Assembly: GCA_964016885.1 (NCBI GenBank)
Contig: OZ024741.1
Span: 286,006,001 to 286,070,000, forward strand
DNA: 64,000 nucleotides
Direction: 5' to 3'
From: Eledone cirrhosa
Lineage: Eukaryota
Shown here in pieces: positions 40,990 through 53,986 of this stretch (position 1 is its first letter; the number at the start of each line of letters is the position of its first letter). The translations under genes were made by a program, and so were the position numbers. The notes beneath the pieces are model-generated. The model searched no databases and had not been told where the DNA came from. It worked only from the letters and a program-made list of their open reading frames with translations.

Positions 40990-41340
40990 AAAAAAATCAA
41001 TAAGACGCATAAAAATAATAACTATATTTCAAATTATCTTGAAGAAAAACAAAATAGAGGAAAACCATTACATTGCCAATACTATGAAAGACGCGACAAA
41101 ATGAAAGTAAGCCAGTATGGTTCAAAATTTCTCGGTTAAAAACAGAAACTGAAAGTCTGGTTTTAGTTGCCTAAGATCAATGCATAGGCACAAATAGCAA
41201 TAAAATCATCACATATAGGCTATGCAATCAGTACAATGAAACTATTGATTATATCCACAGATAAGATACTATAGACAGCTATGTCCATTAACGGAAGGAG
41301 ATCACGAAACTGTCAAAGTACAATGATAATTGAAATAAAC
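40990..41340 (+). mobile_element. Highly decayed R4/Dong-like fragment
   Basis: KPLHCQY; ETESLVLVA*DQCI (cf. KPLHG.Y ... ETEG.I.A.QDQ). Confidence 0.55.
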
Positions 41341-41961
41341 AGGGTTTCGGGCAAAGTTGCGAAAGTTTGATATAAAAGAATGGCAAAAAATAGCCCCGCT
41401 AGGTAAAGCCTTTAAATATTGCAATAGCAAATCTTACATAATACACTCTCCGCACATCACACACAACTTACGCAACACATACCCTAACAATTACTAGGCA
41501 AATAATGCAAGCCACACGATTCATAATCTAGAGAAACCCAACCTAACAATATATAACAATTCATATAGCATCATATATCCCACAGAATAAACACTGAGAA
41601 ACATACATACACATATTTTTACATATTCGACACTCGTTATTATAACACCAATAGCACACACAACTCGTATATTAATATAACAGAATGTACTCAACACACA
41701 CTGGATATATATTAATCATGATATAATTAACACAACATATACAACAAAATGACACAACTCGCATTACACAGTACACCAAACACTAAAACAACACCAGAAA
41801 ATATAAAACACGCCTCACAAACATGGAAGGCTGGTTGGTGTAGCATAAAAGGCAGTTCAAAATTCTCTCCAAAACTATGCTGATCATAACTCAATAATAT
41901 AGCGATGCACTTATTTGTGCATTTGAGATATGCTAAAGCTGCTCAAAAAGTAAGAATAATG

Positions 41962-43010
41962 GTTTCTGATTTAGGCATAAGGCCAGCAAGTTTTGGGGAG
42001 GGGAAAGTCGATTAAATTGACCCCAATGCATGACAGCTGCTATATATTTTATCGACCCCGTAAGGATGAAAGGCAAAGTTAACTTCGGTGGGATTTGAAC
42101 TCATAACGTAAAGGGCCGTAACTCTATGTCACAAAGCAGGGTGTCTGACGCCAATCCACCGCCCTAAATGTGAGAAGAATAACATATAATATATATAACA
42201 ATAAAAGAAAACAATGCAATAAACGTCAGGAAAATTTTCCACAGTAAAACAGAGCGACCACTATAATATGTATATCTTCAGACGTTTAGTAATATTTTTT
42301 ATGACAACTTTTGCATTGTATGTATCACCTATGAAAGAATAGATCACTACCATAATAGTTCTTGTTGTTAACATCATTTTGACATTGAAAAGACGCTTGG
42401 GATAAGAATTATGACAAGGAGGATAAAAATAATTGTTTCTACTATTGGCACAAGGCCAGAAAATTACCCAGTACATTACTGGTACTTTATTTTATCGACC
42501 CCGTAAGGATGAAAGGCAAAGTTAACCTCGGCGGGATTTGAACTCAGAATGGCAAGGGCCGTAACTCTATGCGTCAAAGCATGGCGTCCGAACCTCTACC
42601 GATAGCTAACAGTATCGATGTTCATTATTTGGCAGTATCGGTAGAGGGTTGGACGCCATGCTTTCTAGCATAGTTACGGCCCTTGCCATTCTGAGTTCAA
42701 ATCCCGCCGAGGTTAACTTTGCCTTTCATCCTTACGGGGTCGTCGATAAAATAAAGTACCAGTAATACACTGGGATAATTGCTGGCCTTGTGCCAAAAGT
42801 AGAAACAATTATTATATATTAAAGCTGGTGGATTGGCAGTATCGGTAGAGAGTCTGACGCCTTGCTTTGCAGCAAAGAGTTACGGCCCTTTATGGTCTAA
42901 GGTCAAATCCTGCCGAGCTTAACTTTGCCTTTCATCCTTACGGGGTCGATGAAATAAAGTACCAGTAATGTACTGGATAATTCCTGGCCTTGTGCCAAAA
43001 GTAGAAACAA
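41962..43010. mobile_element. SINE cluster: - copies 41962-42164 and 42433-42604; + copies 42630-42809 and 42826-43010
   Basis: SINE bodies in both orientations; 42433-42809 forms a head-to-head palindrome. Confidence 0.9.
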
Positions 43011-43301
43011 TTATTATATATTAAATAACTGGCCCCGTGCTGACAAAAATGACGGCTAATTGTAATATCTATACATAATATAAAAAGGAAACGTTTATTT
43101 GGTTGCTTGTTTGTTGGTTGGTTGATTGGTTGGCTGGTTGGTTGGTTGGTTGGTTGGTTGACTGGTTCCTTCGCGCTCACACAATTGATGTAAACAAACC
43201 AACACACAGCTGTGACGAATCGTAAAACGTTGGACATTTACATTTTCTCAACCACCTCCCTTCCACATTCATCACATAGATGTATGTGTATTAGACACCT
43301 C

Positions 43302-43647
43302 TTCCTTCCTCAGTCGACGTAACAACCCATTCCTTCCTCAGTCGACGTAATCATCCCTTCCTTCCTCAGTAGACGTAATCACCCCTTCCTTCCTCAGTAG
43401 ACGTAATCATCCCTTCCTTCCTCAGTAGACGTAATCATCCCTTCCTTCCTCAGTAGACGTAATCATCCCTTCCTTCCTCAGTCGACGTAACAACCCATTC
43501 CTTCCTCAGTCGACGTAATCACCCCTTCCTTCCTCAGGCGACGTAACAACCCCTTCCTTCCTCAGTCGACGTAATCACCCCTTCCTTCCTCAGTCGACGT
43601 AACAACCCCTTCCTTCCTCAGTCGACGTAATCACCTGTTCCTCAGTC
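43302..43647. repeat. 28-bp minisatellite, 12 copies plus a partial copy
   Basis: Unit TTCCTTCCTCAGT(C/A)GACGTAA(TCA/CAA)(C/T)CC(C/A). Confidence 0.95.
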
Positions 43648-43955
43648 ATCTCTAGTGTGTGACGGATAAATGTACAAACCTGTAATATTAGTAGATGTTA
43701 ATGATGATGATGATAATGATAACGATAAAGATTATCATGAATATGATGATGATGATGATGATGACAAAGCCGGTATTGGTAGTTGTAGTTGTGTTGGTGG
43801 TAGTGCTGGTGATGGCAGTGATAGGGCTTGATGTGTTGAATGTAATAATGAAGATGATAATGATAAAGATAATGATGACAACTATGGTGATGATTATATT
43901 AATTTAGAGTGATGATACTGATAGTGATGATGCTGGCAATAATAGTAAAGATAGT

Positions 43956-44164
43956 GGTTTCTGATTCAGGTACAATGCCAATCATTTTGAGGTAGAGAAA
44001 GTCGATTAAATTGATCCCAGTACATTACTGGTGCCTTATTTTATCGACCCCGTAATGATGAAGAGCAAAGGTAATCTCGGCGGCACTTGAACTCAGAACT
44101 GAAAGGGACGTAACTCTATGCTACGAATCATGTGTCGGCGCTTTAACGATACCTCCCAATCCAC
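43956..44164 (-). mobile_element. Diverged SINE copy
   Basis: atcgaccccgtaatgatgaagagcaaagg...ttgaactcag. Confidence 0.8.
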
Positions 44165-46249
44165 GAAAGATGATGATAATTATAAATCGTTGTTATTAAA
44201 ATATTAGAGATATTGGTCATGGTAATGAAAATAATATTAACTTTAGACCTGCTACTGTTGTTGTTGATGATGATTGTGATGCTTATAACAATGACGATTA
44301 TTAATTTCATAAAAATGGTAATGAATATGATAGTGTTGATGATGATGGATACTCAATAGTAAGCTGTAATAAAACAAAACGAATATAAAAATATTAAACT
44401 AAAATATCTTTGTGATGAGTTAGTTACAGGAAATATTATAAAAAGAGAAAGAAAAAGAAATGTCTAAAGCCAACTACAAACGATTTCCGGGATTGCTTCT
44501 CACATATAAAAGATTTTTTCAAAAAACATAAAATCACTCCAAAGAAACGCTACGCAATTTGTTGATACATTCTAAGAACTCTTCAACTCCTTTGCTATCT
44601 GACTAAGCATTGTTTGTAAAAGAACATTAGAAATCTACCGTGATTATGCTACACAAGGTTGTTTTATATACCATTTTTTGTTGCATTATTTATTCAATTA
44701 TATTTATTTTTTCATCATTATGTAGTCAACACAGGAGTAGTTATTATGGACACATATTGGCAGTTCTTAAAGAAACTTGATATTTTTATTTCTTAAAGGA
44801 GGTTAAACCAAACGAAAGAAGATTAGTATTAATATATATGCTAATTTTTTTTTTATGTCGTTAGAAAATAAACTGTCCTACTCTACAGAGGATTAGTGGG
44901 AGTATTAGTTAGTACAAACCGGGAATGAAACTAGTTGCTGATGACGATTTCTCAGCAGCCTCTTCTGTAGGAATGTTATGGGACTTCTCTAGTCCTTGAC
45001 CTACCCTTGCTATAGAGAGACATTGCTTCTTCGGGAAATTTTCTACAGACACTGAGGTGCATTCAACCCACACTATCAGAGAATTACGCCACAGAGCCGT
45101 TGCATAACACCTGTTAATGTATTTTGTATGAATCCGTTTACCAACCAACTGTATATTAAAGATCGATCCACTGCTTTTCATCGGCAAATAATTCCTGGTA
45201 GTCTTTCTACCGCTGGGAGATATGGCAAAGTAAATGTTCTCAACGTGTTTAAAAAGCTTTACGACTAGGCTTCTGCTATCTGGCCAAGCCAATATCCATT
45301 TCTTGGAATATCAATTGAAGAAAACTGTGACGGTGGAGAAGGAGGTTTTCATGCTATTGGGAATGGTTTCTTGTTGGTCTTTTATTGCTATCTACAATTC
45401 CTTTGTAATTTCTTTTATAGTTACTCAATGGATGCCCGGTTTTATTGTATTTCAACCTGTACTCTCTCTGACATGTACCATATTCATTCTTAGAATTTCC
45501 TTTATTAGATGCAAAGGTCCAAAACCTTACAGACAGTACAAAAACGAAATACATAGAAAAACAACAAAAACGATACTCCATAGAAATGCCAAATATTACG
45601 CAGAGGTGAACTGAAACTGTATGGTATTTCATATGCCTAGCTGCTTAAGTAAAATCAACATTTGTCCCACTGGAGCATTATACAAAAGCTTTCGGTTAGG
45701 AAATACAAAAATTACCGAATAGGATAGAAATAGATTCATTCCAGCAAATAACAATATTAGGATCTATAAACTGTGTTAAGGCATTTTCACGCAGCTTTCT
45801 GTAAAAATGAACAATCATTTCTCTGCTAAGAGGACTTGGTTCTTGTTTAAAGAACAATAACTCTTGATGTATTTCTGAAATCAAGAATTTGAGCTATAAA
45901 TAGTGTTTTTTTTTTATTTTCATATCAAAATGTAATCAATATGTTTTAATAATAATCTAGTTGTATTATAAACAACACACAGAATAAATACATGCTAAAT
46001 CATGTAAAACAGTATTAGTAACCTAGTTATGTCTTTAAACAGTTATACATAAGCAATTAGCCAGTAAATGAACGGATAGAGGAGATACACCAAAATAACT
46101 TTAAAAGGTAAAGTCATTGTTTGTAGACCTAAAGAGGTATAGAGGCGCTGCATTTACTATTAATAGAATAGACTACTATTATATAATAGATAGCGTAAGT
46201 TTACCAAACTATTGCATAGAAATTATGATTAGAATAACTAGACGATTGG

Positions 46250-46820
46250 AAAAGATAAGACAATATATTTTTTTTTTATATCAAAGAATCTGACAAGTGT
46301 GGCATACTGAAATAAGGAAGCCTTCGAGTGATAAGAATGATATTCTAAAGAACAAGCTAAACCCGAGTAAAATTAGAAATAGAATAACTAAACTATTTGT
46401 GTAACAGTCGCAACATATTTTTCAGCTAAAAATATCTATTGAATATTCTTCGAGCCACATGCTGCCGTCTTAACTAATGGTAAAATGGACTATGTAGTCC
46501 ATGACATACAAAAGTATGCAGTGTATCCATTTCTGGAACAGTTCTGCTCAGAGTTGAATTAGGGATAAACGACAACACAGCACTATAGAGGAATACAAAA
46601 TATGTGGTTAAAATGTCTAAGGAAAGAATTGCAAGTCAAATATTCTATGGCAAAGCCAAACGACATGAGATCCAGAAATAGACCACGAAGAATATGGTTG
46701 TATAATATCTATTATCTCGGTTGATCTCGCCTATAGATTCAGTAGGGTCATTAGCAGATAGTTGCTTCTGGTAGGATGAAAGTGAAGGTGTGTCTGAGAA
46801 CTCTCTCCCCGAATTTCTAA
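46250..46820 (+). mobile_element. Decayed RTE-like LINE 3' fragment
   Basis: RPRRIWLYNI near 46680-46710 resembles the RTE C-terminal GRPR.RW.D.I motif. Confidence 0.4.
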
Positions 46821-47741
46821 GAAGAAGGGCCTAAATTACAAATCAATATACTTAGTGAAGCACTCCACCAAACACTAATACACCCCTTTATTCCATTAAT
46901 ACTATTTCTAAACCTTTCCCTTCTTCCATTCTCCTTATCATCATCATCATCAACTTCATCCCACCTATCACATCATCAAGAGAAATACCACTACCAACAT
47001 GATTCTCCACCTCTTCTCACTCCTCGACACCATAATCATCACCATCATTATCATCATCATCATTACCATCACCTCCCTAGTTGGAAAACTACTGATATAT
47101 ATATTTGTAAAGTCCATCCATATTATATACGACATCTTATACTAACAAACGTATATTTGAAATGATATTCGTGATATAATAATATTCAAAAAACTATATT
47201 GCGGATAACCGAAATATAATAGAGGTTTGGAAATGCTTCGAAAATATTTTTATGTTATTTGTACATCCTTATAATCAGAATGATGGTCGCTTCAAAAGCT
47301 TATTGGAACATTTCTACGTGTGAACTATCGATATATTTGATGTTGATGGTAAGGCAATAACGTGTAACGTGGAAACTATAGAAATGAGACCTACAATATT
47401 CTTCATACACGTGAAATATTAAAAAAAAAAGCTATCAATTATATTTTACATCTAGATTTTGTTTTTCATTGGACTCTTTCTTCTCTTTCTCGCAAAAACA
47501 TGCATCATACGGCAATCATCATTCGTGAATATATATTCTTTTTTTTTCCATTTAGACTTGAGTGTATATATATATATATATATATACATATATGAGATCG
47601 TCCTGTCTTGTATCATATATGGTTTATTGAGCTGGACTATTGAAATATGTAAAGTGATTTCACAGAATTAAAATGTTAAAGCATACCTTCCTGTCCGACC
47701 TTCTGTTGTCGTCGCATATACATATATATAGAGAGAGAAAG

Positions 47742-48780
47742 AGAAAAGGTGAAATTGGAAATAGCACGGAAAAATATATTTATGGGACTGTTTTTCTTTT
47801 TTCTTTCTTTGATTCGTCATTATTGAAAAAATGAGAGGAGCAATTCTTTTAAAAAAGAGGTTTTTAATGTATACAAAGTATATAAAGTATTTTGTTTCTG
47901 ACTATTGATTCATCTTCAGTGTTGGTGTTATTGGAGAAGTATTCCATTAGACTGTTTTCGGCAGAATTCCATGATGTCATCTTTCAATTCGTGGAAATTA
48001 GATTTTTGTGGTGTGGGTGTAAATTTCAGTCCCGTACTTAATATGTTAATTTGTGTGTTAGTTAGTGATATCTTTGAAAGGTTAATTACCTTCGATTTCT
48101 CATGAGTGGGGGCCATCGGGTGTCCTGGTATTTCAGTTTTGTTCCTAAAAAAGGAATGTTGTTTTGGTAGTAATTGTAGTCTGCTTGTCTGTTTTGTATG
48201 GGTCTGTAATTTGGTTTTTCATGAGAGTTGGTGTGGTGATGGGTTGGTATGTGTTGTAGTTGTTATTGTGTAAGAGTTCTGTTATGGGTTAATGTGGTGG
48301 GGGTGGCTTCTTTCTGGGATACATAGTGTTGATGTATTGGGGTTGTTTTTTGTAGTGTTGGGGCGATACCTGTTGTAGTTGTTAATGTGGGAAGATTTTG
48401 TTGGGATTTCATGTGATCTGTGCGGATTTCCTCCGGAGTGTATGGTGTTTGTGTTGCGGGTTAGTTCTATGTTGTTTTGGGGTTGATTTCTGTAGGAGAT
48501 ATTTTTGAGGATACCTATGTTGTGGTCGTTGGGTATGTTTCTTCTAATGTAGCTGGTTGTATTTGTTTTGTGTTGGCTCCGGTTTTGTATATAGTTTAAA
48601 TGTGTTGGGGTTGGTAGTATGAATGTTTCTGTTTTGTTTAATTTCTTTATAAAGGGGCTATCTCTGTGATGTATTGTTTTCAAATCCTCTTCATATTTAA
48701 GGATTTTTATCAAACGACTGCAACCGCAAATAAACAACCGATCAGAGAGAAGCGAAATGAAATGGCTGGTTTAAGTTAAC
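47742..48780 (-). mobile_element. Internally deleted Penelope-like element: ORF N-terminus joined to terminal tail
   Basis: ORF 47928-48116 KVINLSKISLTNTQINILSTGLKFTPTP..ELKDDIMEFCRK is the typical pre-RT PLE motif (NLS..LT....LL.KGL.F.P.P). Decayed CUGAAGA-stem-GAAA at ~47895-47920 (-). Tail 47742-47860 matches 62383-62510. Confidence 0.75.
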
Positions 48781-49472
48781 AAGCGATGCAACAACACACA
48801 ACACACGCACACACACACGCAAACGAGACAACTACACACACACACGCACACACACACAGTAGCATTCCACCATACGAACATACTACACTGCCAATACAGA
48901 TGAACAAGGCAACAACACATACACACAACACACACACACTCAAGCGAGACAACAACACACGCACACACACACACAGTAACATTTAACAAACAGGCAGAGA
49001 ATGGACTGACAGCTAGCGCCATCCCACTCCCTCATTCGGCCGCTGACCTCTGTACGACCGACCCCATTTCACGCGCACGCGCGCTCTGCCGAATACCTCA
49101 TATATTCAAAACAACGAACAGTGAAAGACGCGTTCCGGACTTGTCCGACAGACAACCTTTTCCCCCACCCCGGAAAAAACCCCAGTTGATGGATGTGAAT
49201 CCGAAATATATAGGGACTATTAAATCTCTCCCAAGGTAACTCTCTCTTGTGTTGTTATTTTTATTTTTATCCTTTATACTCTTCCCTTCATTCTACACAT
49301 CTCACACATCTTATACACACCACGCATCTATACGTACACCCACTTACATCTCTCTCTCCACCACCGGACCTTGTTACCCGGAGATTTACCCATTTGCATT
49401 GTCGAGGCTTCCAAACGACTTAAAGATATTTACTTATTATTCCACAATGCTTCAAGCAAACTTCAATACTCT

Positions 49473-49509
<37 letters not shown>

Positions 49510-49510
<1 letters not shown>

Positions 49511-49726
49511 TAAAAAGGAAAAGAAAATGCTGACAAATTTTCCCCGGTGAAAAGTTGTTTAATTAGATCTCAAAATTATTTTTGAAAAGCATTAGAAATG
49601 CGCAACCGGTAAAAACTTAAAATTAAAACAGAATACTAACCCATACTTATTACTAATTTATACTTATTCCTAATTAAACTATTTTTCACTGGGAAAAAAT
49701 TGTCAGCATTTTCTTTTCCTTTTTAC
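49510..49726. repeat. Fold-back element (arms 49510-49566 / 49670-49726) with a U3-A8 hammerhead-like motif in the spacer (49579-49614)
   Basis: UUU UUGAAAA GCAUU aga AAUGC GcAA CCGG UA AAA; flanked by (TA)n. Confidence 0.75.
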
Positions 49727-49766
49727 AACTCGTATCACAACTCGTATGTCACACCTCTATTTTGTT

Positions 49767-49845
<79 letters not shown>

Positions 49846-49856
49846 GCTTTAACATT

Positions 49857-50146
49857 TTAATTCCGTGAAATCACTATACATATATCAATGATCCAGCTCC
49901 ATCATCCAAATATGATGCAAGACAGAACTATTTCATATTCGGGGGCTGCCTTCTCACAATACAGGTATTTTCCAGGTCAAATTTTCAAATGTCCAATGTC
50001 CTGTTCTCTTTTCCCTATCTTCAATAATAAGTTTGGTTTCGACGTAACCCTGTCGAAGTTACCTGATGATATCATCCTGTCTTGCATCATTTTTGGATGA
50101 CGAAGCTACACCATTGAAATATGTATAGTGATTTCACGGAACTAAA
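49857..50146. mobile_element. Fold-back element (arms ~49857-49940 / 50066-50146) with a long-helix-II hammerhead (50058-50132)
   Basis: GUUAC CUGAUGA [46 nt] GAAA UAUGUA UA GUGAU. A third family copy lies at 47592-47686. Flanked by (TA)n. Confidence 0.7.
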
Positions 50147-50289
50147 TATATATATATGTGTGTGTGTGTGGGTGGGAGGTTTTGTGTGTGGGGGGGGTGC
50201 TTGTGTGTGTGTGTGTGTTATATAGGAAAGAAGCTTCACGTTTTGGACACTAATCTGAGCGTGATTCCAATAATCAAATAATAACAGCA

Positions 50290-50793
50290 ATTAAAACCGA
50301 AATTTTACACCACATTTTCTCTGAGTCTCGCTTTCCCTTGTCTCAACGGGATCAAAGGTCATATTATAATACACAGGGTTATATAATGCTGTTATAAGCC
50401 GGTAAAAACAGACTTGCGACCGTAATAATGTATGGGTGAAGAGTTTACTAATACTAGATGAGGGCAACATCATTTTCCCCTTTCTGTCACACTCACACAC
50501 TCTGACTCACTCACTCACTCTCTCCGTCTCTCTTTAAACAAATGATGGTCCTTTTCTCTCTCTATGTCCATCTCTTTCGCTTGACACACTTCCTCTCTAT
50601 ATACATAGGTGAGGTTATCATCGTAACTTTCTGTCTATCTAAATCATTCTGTCACCTCGAAAACAGACGTTGTTCCCTTTTCTCTCTATATCTATGTACA
50701 TATCACTTGATTGGCGCTCCCCCTCTCTGTATAAAGTGATCATGACGGACGAATGGGCGGACGGAGAGGCAGCGCTCTTATTATAATAAAGAT
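50290..50793 (-). mobile_element. Possible non-autonomous Helitron-like element
   Basis: Minus-strand start a|TCTTTATTATAATAAG followed by ccgtccg..tcgtccgtc resembles Helitron 5' ends. No clear 3' CTAG or hairpin found. Confidence 0.3.
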
Positions 50794-51736
50794 TAGGGAA
50801 ATAATGACTTCATATATAATCTATTTTTCCATGCACACAAAAGCTCGGTCTCAGTGGAAAATAATAACAACATTCTTGCACCAAGAGTATCACCCCATCC
50901 AATGTTGATGATTAGGACGAAATAGAATTTGAGAAAGGCTGTTATAATGTGAATAGAAAGGAAGATAAGAAAATAGAAATAAAACAAAAACGTAGCATTG
51001 TCGTAAATCTACACATGGAGAGTTAAATAGTGTGGATACTTAAAATACACCCTAATCTGAACCATCAACATTGAGTTCTTTTAATGTGTATGGATTAGAA
51101 GGGGAAAATCCACACAGTATTTGAATGGATACAGAAACAAAGGATTGCTACTGAGAGCTCCAGGGTTATATACTCTTGTTTCTAACAACAAACAAAAGTA
51201 TGAAAAGAGATAAAGTACTTCTCTCTAGAGGACGGAAATGCCTTTGTTGAGAAACCCACCGAAGATATGCTTCCGAGGGATTTTGTTAAACCCTAAGAAA
51301 TATATAATGTATGGTGGGTGAGCAGACATATAGTGTTTTCTGACTCGACTTAACCAGTGAGTTCATACCCGTTTGTGGGTGGCTAATGCTAAATATTGGT
51401 TTGTTTGTTTTTTTTTGTTGTTGTTGTTTTTTTTGTTTTGGTTTTTTTGTTTGGGGGGGGGGGTATTTTTTTAAAATTAAAATTAAGTGTTGAAGAAGAT
51501 CTGTTCATCTTTCTTGTTGAGAAGAAGGTCTTCGATTACAGAGTCAGGTTCGATCTATAATAAATCTTGCTCCGATATGATCGGTAGTGAAACATGTAAT
51601 ATGTTATTAAATATGTTATGATGCAACACTGAATCCTTGTTCCTTATCCTTATAGAATTATACTCTGCTCTGCGCGAGCATCGAGTTCTCAACCGGCTTA
51701 CCGCCTACGGACGTAATTTTCTTGCAATCCTACAAC

Positions 51737-51767
<31 letters not shown>

Positions 51768-52904
51768 TTATATATGTGTGTGTGTAAGTGTAAAAAATGT
51801 TATATTTGTAAATCTTATGCAAACAACGTGCTTATTATATTCTGATATTTTTCTTATCAATTGGAAATCATAGGAGACTCTTATGGTAATAAAGGGAGCG
51901 ATGATTGAGAGTAAAGGAGGGAGATGGAAAACAGATAAAAAGGAAGAAACTTTGAAAGGGAAAAGAAAAGAAATCAACGTAGAAATATTATATTAGAGGT
52001 TTGCCATATAATATTCCCTTGAAAATATTGCCAAAGAAATGCAACTATTATAACAAGACAGGAACTCTTTGATACTGAGAAACCATCTGTGGTGCTTGTG
52101 GAATGCATAACTGGTCAATACTAAATATCTATATTGCTGCTTAGAAAATGTTGAATATTCTTGATGAATCGATGATAGTTTACTCCTTTTTTTTTTTGTT
52201 TGGTTTATAATGTTGTTTAATTCGTGGTTGCAGCGCTGGTGGTGATAAGTGAGGAGTTGTTAGGTGGCGGCTGTTAGATGTCTCTTTTCTAACTTTCGTG
52301 TTTGTGCAATTGCATTACTGTTGTAAGTAGTGATAATGACAGTATTGCAATAAATGACGGCGTGGTGGTTGTGTAGTCATGTAGGTGTTGATAGTCATAT
52401 AACTGGGATTATTGGAGGTAGTATTAGTGAAAGTTATTGTGACGTTGTCGTTTTGTAGTTAGAGTTAGTTATTTTTTTTTTTAGCAAACTTGTAATATTG
52501 AAGACATACACGTAAAATCGCAAATTAGCCTTATAGCATTTGTTCAGGACCCTGGCTTTCAAATACCGCCTATTTCATCTTTTCTTTTCCTACTCACGAA
52601 ACCGATAGATAACGTACCAATTAAATACTGGCCTCGATTACCCTGTCGTTCTTTCTGTCCCTTTTTGTATTTACCTTTCTTTTCTGGATTCGTCCAGTAA
52701 TTCTAAATCCATCCTTGTAGCATAGTGTTTGTGTGATTCAGCCAGAGAATTGCGTTAAAGAATTATGTGAATTTGAATACACAGTCCCGTACAGGTTATA
52801 TCGTGAGAAAGAATTCAGTCGGATGAACATCTTTCATCACCACCACTGAACCCATCATATCTTATGAAATAGTTTTAGTTGTTATTACTATTGACAATAT
52901 CGTT

Positions 52905-53098
52905 AGACAGTCGGACACCTTTCTTTGCAGCATAGAGTTACAGCCCTTTTCGGTCTTAATTCAAATTCCACTGAGGTGACATTGCCTTTCATCATTACGG
53001 GGTCGATAAAATAGTGTAGCAGTAATGCATTGGGGTCAATTTAATCGACTTTCCCTTCCCCTATAATTGTTAGCTGTGTGCCTAAATCAGAAACCATT
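52905..53098 (+). mobile_element. SINE copy
   Basis: gcctttcatcattacggggtcgataaaat...tgtgcctaaatcagaaacc. Confidence 0.8.
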
Positions 53099-53986
53099 GT
53101 TATTCTATGCAAGCCCCGTTCGATCAAGCACAAAATCGAAATCATTTCAACAACTAACATCACAGTATGTAGGTCACATCAATGTTTACAACACCCATAG
53201 TGCTTCGTATGTATAGACCCGTGATTCCTGATAGGGTAATAAGAATGTTATCGTGATGTACGGCTTGTCTTGGCTACTCTAAATATGGTGGAGCCTATTC
53301 CCCCTCCATGTCTGAACACAGCTGCTTTCTTCAAGAGTAGAAGTGAGAGAGAGTGGGGTAAATAAAAGAGAGAAAATATATAGAGGTAGATCCTACCCTA
53401 GAACAGCACTGGTATTTCTTATTGACCTCCAACAAATGAAATTTTGAAATTCAGGGAGCACAATAAACCGAAAAGTATACTGCAAAGCATTTTATCCGAC
53501 ATTCTTATATAAAGGAAATATCGAGTTATAATAACCCCTCAATGCAAAAGCACTAAAATTTGCGAAATAGAGGAAACTCACAAGATATTGTTATTGGTAA
53601 AACATATTAGATACATTTTACAAAAAAACAGAACATATAGACAATTAGAACAATGAAATATTACTTACTTCATATTAGCAATATATATTTCTAAGTTATA
53701 TATATAGATATATAGATAGATAGAGAGATATAGATAAGTTTCTATTTATTTGCCACCAGGGCACAAAAGAAGGGGACAAATACAAGGGGGAGAGTATACA
53801 TAAAGGAACGATAAAAAACAAATAATAAATATAAAATTAACAATACAGTCCTCAATAGGGAGGAGGCGTTTTGGGGGTTACACACACACCCGAAAAAGTG
53901 TGCAACCCTTTTCCTTAGGAGCACAGAGAGGGGGTGCTCCTTTGAACTTCCACCTTTCCACCTACAGGCTGATAAAGAGGGAAGGC

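Noticed and set aside
43302-43647. CRISPR-like array
   Set aside because: Contiguous 28-bp units with no unique spacers, no cas genes and a eukaryotic context. The CTGAGGA on the minus strand has no following helix-GAAA, so it is not a hammerhead either.
51560-51610. Hammerhead at GAAACATGTA (also the CTGATGA at ~38835, minus strand)
   Set aside because: Only half of the core is present in each case; too decayed to call.
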